Source: Nitrospirota bacterium (lineage in GTDB: Bacteria; Nitrospirota; UBA9217). Taken from it: a stretch of DNA of 64,000 nucleotides. The translations under genes and the position numbers were made by a program. The stretch lies in contig CAWCKW010000012.1 in assembly GCA_963796285.1 (NCBI GenBank), positions 320,001-384,000 on the forward strand. The letters are read 5' to 3'. Positions 9,819-20,877 of this stretch are shown here, in pieces. Position 1 is the first letter of the stretch. The number at the start of each line of letters is the position of its first letter. Under the pieces are notes generated by a model. It was given only the letters and a program-made list of their open reading frames with translations. It did no database searches and was not told the DNA's origin.

Positions 9819-10964
9819 ATGAAAACCACATTGCGAAGAAAAAAGCCTGTAATCACTCCGCTGCGTTCCGACATGTTCTGTGATGACGATTCTGTTTGCT
9901 ACATAGAAGAGTTCTTTGTCGAGTTTCTTGTATTCGAGCGAAGACGGAGCGAACGCTCAGGCAGGCCATTTCTGGTGATGACGCTCGATTTTACCGGTCT
10001 CCGCGACTTTGAGAGCAAACGGGAATCCGTCATGTGGACAATGAAGACACTGTCCGTGCTTACACGCGATACCGATATCAAGGGATGGTACAAAGATTCG
10101 GCAGTTCTGGGAGTGATCTTTACCGAAATGAACAGCCTTGAAACGGAAACTCTACAGAAAAAAATATACGCCAGCCTGCACGCCAGCCTGACGGATGAAC
10201 AGCTCAATGTCATCCGGATATCCTTTCATAGATTTCCCGACGAAGGAAAGCCAAGTAAGCCCGGTAACCCGGTAGACTTCACGTTCTATCCCGATTATCC
10301 CAAACATGAACGATCCAGAAAAAACGCCCTCAAGATGAAGCGGATCATTGATGTTGTCGGCAGTATTACGGGTATCGTGATATTTTCTCCTTTCTTCGTC
10401 CTGATCCCGATTTTGATCAAGCTCACCTCACGGGGTGCGGTGTTTTTCCGTCAGGAAAGAGTCGGACAATATGAGAAGAATTTCATGTTCTTGAAATTCA
10501 GGAGCATGTACTCCGGCAATAATGAGGCTGTGCACAAAGAGTTTGTCCACAACTTAATTCTTAAAAAGACACCATGCGACGCGGGTGATAATGGTTCCGG
10601 AAAGAAAGTGTTCAAGATCACGAACGACAAGAGGGTGACCCCGATAGGGAAAATCCTTCGAAAGACGAGTTTGGACGAATTGCCTCAGTTTATTAACGTG
10701 CTGAGAGGAGAAATGTCATTGGCGGGTCCGAGGCCGCCCATTCCGTATGAACTCGAGAAGTATGATAGTTGGCATCGTCGCCGCGTTTTAGAGATCAAGC
10801 CCGGAATAACCGGATTGTGGCAGGTCATGGGGCGGAGTTCGACATCCTTCGACGAAATGGTGCGCCTCGATCTCCAATACGCGACGAATTGGTCGCTTTG
10901 GCTGGACATTAAAATCCTGCTGAAGACACCATGGGCCATTTTTGGAGGGAAGGGTGCGTATTAA
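9819..10964 (+). CDS. Priming phosphoglycosyl (sugar) transferase with a degenerate GGDEF-like N-terminal domain
   Basis: Bac_transf motifs 'KRIIDVV', 'FFRQERVG', 'LKFRSM', 'RKTSLDELPQFINVLRGEMSLAGPRP', 'KPGITGLWQV'. Confidence 0.93.
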   Translation: MKTTLRRKKPVITPLRSDMFCDDDSVCYIEEFFVEFLVFERRRSERSGRPFLVMTLDFTGLRDFESKRESVMWTMKTLSVLTRDTDIKGWYKDSAVLGVIFTEMNSLETETLQKKIYASLHASLTDEQLNVIRISFHRFPDEGKPSKPGNPVDFTFYPDYPKHERSRKNALKMKRIIDVVGSITGIVIFSPFFVLIPILIKLTSRGAVFFRQERVGQYEKNFMFLKFRSMYSGNNEAVHKEFVHNLILKKTPCDAGDNGSGKKVFKITNDKRVTPIGKILRKTSLDELPQFINVLRGEMSLAGPRPPIPYELEKYDSWHRRRVLEIKPGITGLWQVMGRSSTSFDEMVRLDLQYATNWSLWLDIKILLKTPWAIFGGKGAY

Positions 10965-11043
10965 TGAGCAGATGGAGTAGAGAGTTGAGAGTAGTGCTTT
11001 GCTCCATGCGCTATGCTCAATGTTTATCGATCAGGAGGAATAC

Positions 11044-12049
11044 ATGATCAATATCGGCATCATCGGATACGGCTACTGGGGACCGAATATCGTGCGGAAT
11101 TTCAGCGTACTTGAGGGGGCACGGGTCGCTTCAATATGCGACGGGAACCAGCAGGCCCTGAACAGGGCGCGGAAGTCGTACCCGAACTGCGCCGTAACGC
11201 AGGATTGCAACGACATCCTGAACTCGACGGAGATCGATGCCGTGGCAGTCATCACTCCGGTATCGACCCATTTTGAACTGGCCAAAAAGGCGCTCGAAAA
11301 CGGAAAACACGTGTTCGTGGAAAAACCCTTCACCGCAACGGCGGCGCAGGCGGAGAAATTGATCGCGCTGGCGGAACGGAAGAAGCTGACCATCATGGTG
11401 GACCATACCTTCCTGTTCACCGGCGCCGTGAGAAAAGATTAAGCAGCTCATAAAAGAACAAGCTCTGGGGGAGTCTTTACTATTACGATTCGGTCAGAGT
11501 TAACCTGGGCCTCTTCCAGCATGACGTGAACGTCATATGGGATCTTGCACCCCATGATTTTGCTGTCATGGACTACATCCTCGATGAAAAGCCCTTTGCC
11601 ATCGCAGCCTGCGGAAAGGCGCATGTGAATGAGATGGAGGATACTGCTTACGTCATCGTCCACTTTAACAATAACATGATCGCCCACTTTCAACGTCAAT
11701 TGGTTGTCCCCGGTCAAGGTAAGGACCACCCGCATCGGGGGAGAGAAGAAAATGCTCGTGTGGAACGACCTGGAGCCGGATGAAAAGATCAAGATCTACG
11801 ATAAGGGAGTCGAAGTTAAGAGCACAGGAAGCGAAATACAAGATGCTTGTCAACTACCGATCGGGTGATATGTATGCACCGCGGGTTGAGCAGATCGAAG
11901 CTCTCAATGCAGAGACCGAGTATTTTGTGCATGTATAAACGCGAGTGAGAGGCCTGATCAATGATGGACATGCGGGCTTGCGTGTGGTGAAGATGCTAGA
12001 AGCCTGCAATCTTTCGATTAAGAAGAACGGTCGGGCGGTGACGGTATGA
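11044..12049 (+). CDS. Gfo/Idh/MocA NAD-dependent oxidoreductase (WbpB/WlbA-like), frameshifted
   Basis: 'IGIIGYGYWGPNIVRNF', 'GKHVFVEKP', 'MVDHTFLF', 'NVIWDLAPHD'. Confidence 0.88.
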
Positions 12050-12558
12050 AATATGTCTCCATCGCGGAGGATGTCCGGCTTGGAAAGGATGTCAAGCTTG
12101 CCAATTTTGTCAACCTGTACGGGTGTACTATTGACGACAATACCAAGATCGGGACTTTCGTCGAGGTCCAGAAGAACGCCACGATCGGGAAGAATTGCAA
12201 GATCCAGAGCCATACGTTCATCTGCGAAGGTGTGACCATCGAAGACGAAGTATTCGTCGGCCATGGGGTGACGTTCATTAATGACAAATATCCGCGCGCC
12301 ACAAGCGGCAATGGCGGCCTGCAAACCGAGGCGGACTGGAAGGTGGTCCCGACGATCGTAAAAAAAGGGGCCTCCGTCGGGTCCGGGTCCACGATCCTCT
12401 GCAATATCACTATAGGGGAGAAGGCCATTGTGGGGTCAGGCAGTGTTGTAACAAAAGACGTCCCGGCGAATACGATCGTTGCGGGAAATCCGGCAAGGAT
12501 TGTGAGGAAAATCGATAGTCAGGAGCCAGAAGTCGGGAGTCAGAAGTTGAAAAAATGA
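12046..12558 (+). CDS. Hexapeptide-repeat N-acetyltransferase (WbpD/WlbB-like)
   Basis: 'IGKNCKIQSHTFICEGVTIEDEVFVGHGVTFINDKYPRA', 'VTKDVPANTIVAGNPA'. Confidence 0.9.
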   Translation: MKYVSIAEDVRLGKDVKLANFVNLYGCTIDDNTKIGTFVEVQKNATIGKNCKIQSHTFICEGVTIEDEVFVGHGVTFINDKYPRATSGNGGLQTEADWKVVPTIVKKGASVGSGSTILCNITIGEKAIVGSGSVVTKDVPANTIVAGNPARIVRKIDSQEPEVGSQKLKK

Positions 12559-12561
12559 TCA

Positions 12562-13040
12562 TCGCGCGAAGGCGCAAAGACGCAAAGAAAGATTTGAAAA
12601 AATAATATGGATGAAAATCAGATATCGAAGGTTGCTAGTGGATTGCTGCTATAAAATTCATACAGGACTTGGGCCGGGATTATTAGAATCAGTCTATCTT
12701 GAAATTCTTTTATACGAGTTGAAGAAAGCGGGGCTAAACTGCGAGAAAGAGGTTGGTATCCCGGTGCACTATGATGAGATTAAGCTTGATCTTGGTTTTC
12801 GGGCTGATTTGATCGTGGAAAATTTAGTGATTATCGAACTGAAAGCCGTAGAAAAGTTTATGCCTGTTCATAAGAAGCAATTAACGACTTATCTCAGATT
12901 AACGCGAATGAAGCTTGGTTTGCTTGTGAATTTTAACGCCAATCTTATCAAAGATGGGATTGAGCGGGTTGTTAATGGATTATAGAACTTAACGATTCCC
13001 GGCTTATGTTGTTCTTTGTGCTCTTTGCGGCTTCGCGCGA
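12562..13040. repeat. ~28-bp imperfect inverted repeat framing the GxxExxY gene
   Basis: Left tcgcgcgaaggcgcaaagacgcaaagaa (12562-12589); right ttctttgtgctctttgcggcttcgcgcga (13012-13040); 2 mismatches and 1 gap. Confidence 0.85.
12607..12985 (+). CDS. GxxExxY protein (PD-(D/E)XK nuclease-like fold)
   Basis: 'IHTGLGPGLLESVY', 'FRADLIVENLVIIELKA', 'QLTTYL', 'GLLVNF'. ATG 12607 (MDENQIS) with a 1-bp shift. Confidence 0.93.
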
Positions 13041-13107
13041 GACAGGCCTAAGAAATTACGCTTTACCTGTCTCTCTACCTTCTACCTTCACCTAAGGAGA
13101 ATCAACT

Positions 13108-14298
13108 ATGCCGATGAAAAGATCCCTTTCCTCGATCTCATAACCCCTCATCGCGAGATGGAGGAGGAGCTTATTGCAATAGTCCGGAAATCTCTTCAGA
13201 CCGCAGGTTTTATCGGCGGCCCGATGGTAGAGAATTTCGAACGTGAGTTCGCGGCATATTGTGACACAACGTACTGCGTTGGCCTGGGGAGCGGTACCGA
13301 TGCGCTGCGCTTCGCGCTTATTGCTCTTGGAGTCGGGCAGGGTGATATGGTTATAACGGTTGCCAATACCTTTATCGCCACAACCGAGGCGATTTCCCAG
13401 GCAAATGCATCGATTGCTTTTGTAGATATTGATGAACGGACATATACCATGGACCCTGAAAAGCTCAGGGAATTCATCGAAACACAATGCACACAGGGGC
13501 CTGAAGGACGACCAATCCACCAAAAAACCGGCAAGACTGTGGCGGCAATAATTCCCGTTCATTTGTACGGCCAAATGGCTGATATGGACGCCATCATGGA
13601 AATAGCCCGAAAGCACAAACTAAAAGTGGTAGAGGATGCGTGCCAGGCGCATGGAGCAAAGTATTTCTCCAGGAAGGAAAATCGCTGGAGAACTGCCGGA
13701 TCCATCGGCCATGCTGCGGCATTCAGCTTTTATCCGGGGAAGAACCTTGGGGCATGCGGCGAAGCGGGAGCTGCTACGACGAATGATGAAGCAGTTGCTA
13801 AAGACCATCAAAATGATAAGGGATCATGGTCAGGCCCAGAAGTACTATCATGATATCGAAGGATACAATGGAAGGCTTGACGCGATCCAGGCCGGGATCC
13901 TCTCCGCCAAACTAAAGCGTCTGCCGGCCTGGACCGAGGCACGCCAAAAAGCGGCGGCCCGCTATACTGATATGTTAAAAGGAGTTGCAAACAGTGCAAC
14001 ACCTTATGAAGGCGAATGGTCAAAGGCGGTATATCACCTCTATGTGATCCGGACCGGCAAGCGGGACGAACTGAAAAAATATCTCGCGGGAGAAAATATT
14101 GATACCGGCCTTCATTATCCTGTCCCTCTTCATCAACAAAAAGCATATGCAACCATGGATTTTCATAATGGCAGTCTTGCGGTCTCTGAACGGGTGGCGG
14201 GGGAGATCATTTCTTTGCCAATGTTCCCGGGGTTGACGGAAGAACAGCAAAAAAGAGTAGTCAGCTCGATAAAGGGATTCATGGAGCATAGCGTATAG
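13108..14298 (+). CDS. DegT/DnrJ/EryC1/StrS aminotransferase (WbpE/WlbC-like), frameshifts near 13120 and 13800
   Basis: '[11 protein letters not shown]', '[12 protein letters not shown]', '[11 protein letters not shown]', '[16 protein letters not shown]', '[11 protein letters not shown]', 'ISLPMFP'. Confidence 0.92.
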
Positions 14299-14429
14299 CG
14301 CAGAGAGCAGGGAGCGGTGCGCAGAGACGCTATGCGCTGCGCTTTTGCGTTTTGCTCCGGAATGCAATGTCCAAATTCAGATTTCAGGGTTTGAGGATAT
14401 GGCAACTGACGATCGAGATTGCGCATGAA

Positions 14430-14767
14430 CTCTTCGAACTTCTCTACACACTGCCTCAGGATTGTCGTTATGTAGTATTATGAAGGAGCAACACATTGAC
14501 ATTTGGTAGAGGAAATTAGATTGGATCATAGAGAAAAGGGGTATGGTTCTTTTAATCACCCACCCCGACTATATGAATTTCAGCAAAGATCGTTGCGGGA
14601 TCGATGTGTACCAAATGGCGTTTTATAAAGAATTGCTCGATTACATAAAAAGTAAACATGAGGGGCAATATTGGCACGTGTTGCCCAAGGAAATAGGACG
14701 ATGCTGGAAAGAAAAAATGGTGAAAAATGGGCTGGAAGGCAATTCGAAAACTGAAGGTAACGCTTGA
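14430..14767 (+). pseudogene. 3' relic of a polysaccharide-deacetylase-like gene, paralogous to 27421-28344
   Basis: 'GMVLLITHPDYMNF...KHEGQYWHVLPKEI' versus 'GMALINVHPDYMKF...KYHGKYWHVLPKDI'; upstream part degenerate. Confidence 0.8.
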
Positions 14768-15921
14768 TAAAATCTTTTGAGAAACCCATTTATGTGACCA
14801 GACCCTTTTTGCCACCCTTGGAGGAGTTCCACCAGGGACTTGAGGAAATATGGGAAAACCGATGGCTTACGAACAATGGGCCCATCCTCCAGCGTTTTAC
14901 TCAGGAAATGAGCAACTTCTTTGAAACAGACAACCTCTGTCTTGTTCAATAATGGGACGCTGGCCCTTCAGATAGCCCTGCAAGGGATGGGAATCATCGG
15001 GAGAGGTCATTACAACCCCCTTTACCTTTGTGGCGACGACTCACGCGTTATATTGGAACAACATCAGACCCGTGTTCGTGGACATAGAACCCGAATACTA
15101 TACTATTGATCCTGAAAAAGTAGAGGCCGCGATCACCCCCTGGACAACAGCCATCCTGGCTGTCCACGTGTACGGCCATCCCTGCAAACGTGAATGCGCT
15201 GGCCGATATTGCGCGTCGGCACAATTTGAGGCTCATTTATGACGCAGCGCACGCTTTCGGCACGGAAGTGGGCGACAAGTCCATCGCCCATTTCGGCGAT
15301 TTGAGCATGTTCAGCTTTCACGCCACTAAATTGTTCCACTCCATAGAGGGGGGAATGCTGATTTTCCAGGAGAACGGGCTGAAAGGCATATTCGACTATC
15401 TCAAGAACTTCGGCTTCAAAAACGACGTCGAAGTGGTCATGCCCGGCACGAATGCCAAAATGAACGAAATGCAGGCCTTGATGGGCATTCAAGTTCTGAA
15501 ATATATTGATGAAATAATACTCAAGCGGTCAAAGATAACTGAATTATATCGGGCGTGCCTCAAGAAAGTCCCCGGCATTCGACTCGTGCCTGCCCTGTCT
15601 CCTGATATACGATACAATTACGCTTACCTGCCGGTCGAAGTGGATGAAAAAGAATTTGGGATGAGCCGCGATGACTTGTATGAAAGACTCAAACAATGGA
15701 ACGTTCACACTCGTCGTTATTTCTATCCATTAGTCTGCGATTACTCATGTTATCGCAGCATATCGGTGAACGATCCATTGACTGTTGCCCGCCGCGTGGC
15801 CGAGCGCATATTGACTCTCCCGATCTATGAGAGTCTGGAACTGTCCGAGGTCGAGGGCATTTGCGATATTATTCTTTCTCTTCAACAGAGGAAGGACGCT
15901 TCTTTTGATTATTCAGCATAA
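14764..15921 (+). CDS. vioA: dTDP-4-amino-4,6-dideoxyglucose transaminase (VioA-like DegT family), frameshifted
   Basis: 'IYVTRPFLPPLEEF..IWENRWLTNNGP', 'LFNNGTLALQIAL', 'IYDAAHAFG', 'FSFHATKLF', 'GTNAKMNE', 'RRYFYPL'; these closely follow VioA as I recall it. Confidence 0.8.
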
Positions 15922-15924
15922 CAT

Positions 15925-16336
15925 CCCTGGGATGGTCATGTTTCTTGGCAGGCGGGAGGGAGAAATCATTGGGGCGACCCTGGTTTTGATTCATGATCAA
16001 GTGGCCTATATTCATTTGTCCACCAATACCAGCTAAGGTTACAAGATAGGAGCTTCATATGGAATTTTCTGGAAGGCTCTCGTCTACTTATACGATCCGG
16101 GCATCCGATACGTTCATCTCGGTGGGATGGCTGGGATAAAAGAAGACCCTACCGACGGCTTGGCCCAATTCAAAAGAGGCTGGTCTAATGACCAGCGCGT
16201 CATTTATTTTGTGGCCGTGCTTTTGACCGGCAAAAGTACGAATCTATTTGTCGTCAACATCAGATCGCCGATGTTGACTATTTCCCGGCATACAGGGCAA
16301 GGTAAGCTATTAGTAGCGGTAGGGAAGTTCCTGTGA
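15925..16336 (+). pseudogene. Degraded GNAT/FemAB-like C-terminal relic
   Basis: 'EGEIIGATLVL..AYIHLS', 'YVHLGGMAG..DGLAQFKRGWS', 'YFPAYR', with stops and shifts. Confidence 0.7.
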
Positions 16337-16413
16337 AAGACTAAAATGATAGGTTCAAGATACGGTGCTATGTTTGTGGCACAGGGAAATTGAAAGAACG
16401 CGAAAAGATGAGG

Positions 16414-16680
16414 GTTTAACATGGTTTTATTCGGCGTCGGTAGCATGTTTAGTGTTAACTTGAGTTCGTCAACATGCTGGACAAGAAAGGTCACCCGGAT
16501 TGTTATCAACGCTCCGGCACAGAAGCGAGAGTATAAATGACTTCGAGTCTAGGCACCAGGAACTGAATGAACGGCCGCTGATTGCGCCTTTGGAGGATTT
16601 TGCTTCCCGGGGAGGACGAAGAGTATTTCGTTGTGCCGACCACGCCCCAAAAGGTCGTTCTTATAGAATTCGCAAATTCA
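16414..16680 (+). pseudogene. Degenerate copy of the 5' third of the acyltransferase gene at 19193
   Basis: tttaacatggttttattcggcgtcggtagcatg...gaactgaatgaacggccgctgatt...ccgaccacgccccaaaagg aligns with 19196-19450. Confidence 0.85.
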
Positions 16681-16735
16681 TAATGCGCACGATGCGTATA
16701 TTTTTCAATACGCAGTTTGTAACGAGGAGGGCAAA

Positions 16736-18356
16736 ATGAAAAGAAATTTCAGCACGAAGTTCGTATGGACCTTGAGTCTCATCGTCATGTTTTTATGGCT
16801 GGCAAGCAACGGCTGCACGAGCGCACTGCAGACACTTCAGATCCAACATCTTCAGCGCAAATTAATGTAAGCAGCCGTCAAATCGCATATGGCAATGTTG
16901 GCCTGAATAGTAGTACGGACCAGACTGATCTCGATCCAAAATACCGGATCAAGCGGCCTTAATATCGGTCAGATTGCTCAGGCAAAACCCCTGGCTCCTC
17001 CTTTCAGCATCGTGAGTGATGCTTGCTCCGGGCAGGCGGTGCAGCCGTCGGCGGAATGCAGCTTCAAAGTTCGGTTCAGTCCGACAAGCCAGGGTACTTT
17101 TACCCAGAGCTTCGACATCCCATCGGACGCTTCCAATGATAATTCCATGACAGTAGGCGTTACCGGAAGCGGAGCAGAGCCACCGCAAATTAATGTAAGC
17201 AGCCGTCAAATCTCAAACGGCAATGTTGTCCTGAATAATATTTCGGACCAGACTATCTCGATCCAAAATACCGGATCAATCAGCCTTAATATCGGTCAGA
17301 TTGCTCAGGCAAACCCCCTGGCTCCTCCTTTCAGCATCGTGAATGATGCTTGCTCCGGGCAGGCGGTGCAGCCGTCGGCGGCATGCAGCTTCAAAGTTCG
17401 GTTCGATCCGACAAGCCAGGGTACTTTTACCGACAGCTTCGACATCCCATCGGATGCAGCCAATGAAAATTCCGTGACAGTAGACGTTACGGGAAGCGGA
17501 AAAGCGCTCAGGGTCGCCATTAACCAAGTCAATACAACTAGTTGTTCGACGACGGGGGTTCTTGAGCTTATAGTCAACGTAACTGATCAAAATAATACTC
17601 CCCTGGCAGGGCTGACAGCCGGCGACTTTCAATTAAAGGAAAATGGCGTGCAGCAGACGATCTAAAGCGTTTCACAAGTTACAACGCCAGTACCAATATC
17701 AGTGGCCATGGTTCTCGATTACTCGGGAAGCGTGCAAAACCAGCTTCCGACCATTGAAGCCGCATCTATCAATTTTATAGGGTATCTGAACCCGGATGAT
17801 GAGGCTTCAATCATCAAATTTGCGCAAATGCACAACAGATGTGCAGCTTTACGAGCGATACTGCTGTTTTGATAACGGCGATAAACACCGCGCCGTCAGA
17901 ATCGGGGGAAGGAGAAACATATCTGTATGACACCCTCTGGTTTGCCGTCGAAAAAACCGCCGTGAGACTGAAACACAAAGCTATTGTTTTGGTTTCTGAC
18001 GGCTGGGACGACGGATACCTGGGCGTTCCGAACGGTTCTGTCAAAACGCTGGACGAGGTCATCGCATATGCAACGGAAAATGACGTGGCAATATACACGG
18101 TAGGTCTGGGCGACAACGTTGACGGCGGCGTCATGAACCGTCTGGCAAGCGAAACCGGAGGACAATATTATTATATTACAACTGCCAGATCAACTCTCCG
18201 GTGTTTACCAGGCCATCAGTGATATTCTTCTCGGCCAATACTCTATAAAATACGTCTCTTCCCTGCATGGCAGCAGTCCGATCATGCTGGAGATCGATGT
18301 GGTGAGCCGGCGCTGATGAGGGCGTGGGCGCATCGCAGGTTGTAGGGTGCCCCTGA
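16736..18356 (+). CDS. Putative lipoprotein with two tandem Ig-like (choice-of-anchor D/ASH-like) domains and a C-terminal vWA domain; frameshifted
   Basis: GAGGAGG RBS; 'MKRNFSTKFVWTLSLIVMFLWLASNGC' lipobox-like; repeats 'CSGQAVQPSAACSFKVRF.PTSQGTF'; vWA 'VAMVLDYSGS', 'TYLYD', 'IVLVSDG', 'IYTVGLG', 'LASETGGQYY'. Confidence 0.8.
16856..17500 (+). repeat. Intragenic tandem duplication, period ~328 bp, high identity
   Basis: cgcaaattaatgtaagcagccgtcaaatc at 16856 and 17184; downstream blocks nearly identical. Confidence 0.92.
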
Positions 18357-18559
18357 GGCGACTAAACCTTACCGTTGCATGAGAAATCGACGGGATTCGT
18401 CCTGTAACGCCTTTATCTTCCGCACTAAGTTACAGGTGTGCCTACATGCCGATCGAACTGATGAATAGGAATTTAGGGTGAGCCGCGATGATTGGTATGA
18501 TAGTCTCGAACAATGGAATGAACGTACTCGGCGTTATTTTTATCGGTCGGCTTGCGATA

Positions 18560-18715
18560 ACTCATGTTAGCGCGGTATTCCGATGAACGGTTCCTAGACT
18601 GTTGCCCGTGGAGTTGGCGAGTGCAGATTAATGCTGCCAATCCACGATAGTCTGGAATCGTCAGACATCGAGGTGAGTTGCGAGATTATCATATCTCTTC
18701 ATTCACGGAAAGGAC
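18560..18715 (+). pseudogene. Degenerate copy of the 3' end of the VioA-like gene
   Basis: actcatgttag...gactgttgccc...agtctggaa...tctcttca...aagga aligns with 15743-15897. Confidence 0.8.
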
Positions 18716-18891
18716 CGCATTCGAACAGTAAATAGATTCTGATGGCGCTTCAATTACATCCTCAGGTGTAAATAAAGGCATATGTCTGCCAAAGGATAAT
18801 GGGTGCAAGATACCCGGATGCGACCGTATATGATCGCAAGGCCTCTTGCGAAAAGTAACTGCTATCGAAAACTATCGCCCGGAGACTCGAA

Positions 18892-19090
18892 ATGATCAAT
18901 ATACTGACAACTGGCGCGTGTGGCGTCACCTCAAGAGCGCTAGCTCGAAGCTTGCGCAGGAGTACTTTCTTCGCCGATGTTCGGCTCGTCGGCACGGACA
19001 TATGTGATAATCTCTACGGGACCAGCGAAGGGCTTTTTGATAAAATTAACAAGGTCCCCCTCTGGAACAGCCCGGATTATATGCCCAAGA
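18892..19090 (+). pseudogene. N-terminal relic of an ATP-grasp-type (Rossmann-like) protein
   Basis: 'MINILTTGACG...VRLVGTDI..LYG....DKINKVP..NSPDY', then truncated. Confidence 0.55.
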
Positions 19091-19192
19091 GACATCGATG
19101 GCGTGCCGCTGTATATTGAGAATTGGCAGGACCCGCAGGTGGGGTCGGTCTCGTGACGGCTTCAGAGAAACCGGGAAAACTCAAAAAGGGCA

Positions 19193-19852
19193 ATGCTTAA
19201 TATGGTCTTATTCGGCGTTGGTAACATGCTCAGTGATGTTTATGATTGCGTTCATGCGTTGGGCAAGAAGATCACCCGGATTGTTCTCAACGCTCCGGAA
19301 CAGAAGCGCGAGCGTACAAAAGACTTTGAGACAAGGCTCCGGGAACTGAATGAACGGCCGCTGATTACGCCGTTGGAGGATTTTACTCCCCGGGAGGACG
19401 AAGGGTACTTCGTTGTTCCGACCACTCCCCAAAAGGCCGTTCTTATAGAATATCTTAAGAATAAATACCGGCTGCAGTTCTCCCAATTGATCCATCCAAC
19501 GGCATACGTTTCTCCCCGTGCAAAGATAGGACAGGGCGTCTTTATCGGCCCCATGAGCGTTATCGGCCCGGGATGTGTTCTCAAAGACCACGTTTTCGTG
19601 AACCGTGGAGTTAGCGTCGGGCATGACACCGTACTTCATGAATACGTGCGCTTGAATCCCGGCAGTAATATCGCCGGCCACGTCGAGATCCTGGCCGGAG
19701 CGATGATCGGCCTCGGCGCAAATGTAGTAGAGGAACTCGTCATCGGAAAAGGTGCTGTAGTCGCGGCCGGCGCGGTAGTGATCAACGATGTACGGGATAA
19801 AACTCTGGTCGCCGGCGTTCCGGCGGTCTTCAAGAAAACATATGAAGGCTGA
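19193..19852 (+). CDS. Sugar N/O-acyltransferase, NeuD/PglD/VioB family (left-handed beta-helix)
   Basis: 'LIHPTAYVSPRAKIGQG', 'VSVGHD', 'IGKGAVVAAGAVVINDV', 'VAGVPA'. Confidence 0.9.
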   Translation: MLNMVLFGVGNMLSDVYDCVHALGKKITRIVLNAPEQKRERTKDFETRLRELNERPLITPLEDFTPREDEGYFVVPTTPQKAVLIEYLKNKYRLQFSQLIHPTAYVSPRAKIGQGVFIGPMSVIGPGCVLKDHVFVNRGVSVGHDTVLHEYVRLNPGSNIAGHVEILAGAMIGLGANVVEELVIGKGAVVAAGAVVINDVRDKTLVAGVPAVFKKTYEG

Positions 19853-19863
19853 GTGGTTAAATC

Positions 19864-20826
19864 TTGACAATACGGGGAAGAACGAAAGGGGGAGGCAACA
19901 TAAACAACAAACTCATCATCAATTTTGCGCCGACCGGTATGATCCCGACAAAGGCAATGACGCCCCATGTACCGGTCAGTGTTTCCGAGATCGTTGAAGA
20001 CGTTCATGAAGCCTGTGAAGTGGGCATCTCCATGGTCCATCTGCATGCCAGAGACCCCCTTTCAGGCAAGCCGACGTATAAGGCGGAGATTTTCGCCGAA
20101 ATCATCGGAGGGATCCGCAAGTTCTCGCCGGAATTGATCATATGCGTGTCATTGAGCGGTCGTGATTTTACGGAATTTGAAAAAAGAGCGGAACCATTGG
20201 AGCTGGACGGAGACCTGAAACCGGACATGGGAAGCCTGACCCTGAGCTCGGTCAATTTCAACAAACAGGCTTCAATCAACGAACCGGCCATGATTCAGGC
20301 CCTGGCCTTGCGGATGAAAGAGCGGGGGATCAGCCCTGAACTCGAGGCATTTGACATCGGCATGATCAATTATGCGCGCTACCTGGAAAAGAAATCATTG
20401 ATATCGCCGCCTTATTATTTCAATCTCCTGCTGGGCAACATCGCATGCGCGCAGGCCGACCTTCTGCATGTCGGCATTATGATCAGGGACCTGCCCGAGC
20501 GGTCCTTGTGGAGCCTGGCCGGCATAGGAGACAGTCAATTACCCATGAACAGCGTGGCCATTGCGATCGGCGGGGGCGTCCGTGTTGGCCTCGAAGATAA
20601 TATTTTCTTCGACGGCCGAAGAACCAGGCTGGCGCGCAATATTGATCTGCTGAGGCGAATTCATATTATCGCCAATGACCATGATAGGCCCGTCATGACG
20701 GCGGACGAATTAAGGCGAGTATTGGATCTGGAAGAGGGGAATGGTCGATACGGCAGAAAAATAGACAGACAGGTTTCAGAGCCGAAGGTCGACGCAGGGA
20801 CCGCGTATTCGGAGAGGGTGGTTTGA
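19864..20826 (+). CDS. Beta-keto acid cleavage enzyme (BKACE/DUF849; 3-keto-5-aminohexanoate cleavage family)
   Basis: 'IINFAPTG', 'PHVP', Zn ligands 'VHLHAR', 'PDMGSL', 'PELEAFD', 'GGVRVGLEDN'. Confidence 0.93.
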   Translation: MTIRGRTKGGGNINNKLIINFAPTGMIPTKAMTPHVPVSVSEIVEDVHEACEVGISMVHLHARDPLSGKPTYKAEIFAEIIGGIRKFSPELIICVSLSGRDFTEFEKRAEPLELDGDLKPDMGSLTLSSVNFNKQASINEPAMIQALALRMKERGISPELEAFDIGMINYARYLEKKSLISPPYYFNLLLGNIACAQADLLHVGIMIRDLPERSLWSLAGIGDSQLPMNSVAIAIGGGVRVGLEDNIFFDGRRTRLARNIDLLRRIHIIANDHDRPVMTADELRRVLDLEEGNGRYGRKIDRQVSEPKVDAGTAYSERVV

Positions 20827-20877
20827 GAGACTCGATGGTCGAAGACGCCTGATTCGGGGATTAAACCTTCTCTAATT

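Noticed and set aside
19864-20826. Lysine fermentation operon (kce)
   Set aside because: No kamA, kamDE, kdd or kal neighbours; the gene symbol was withheld.
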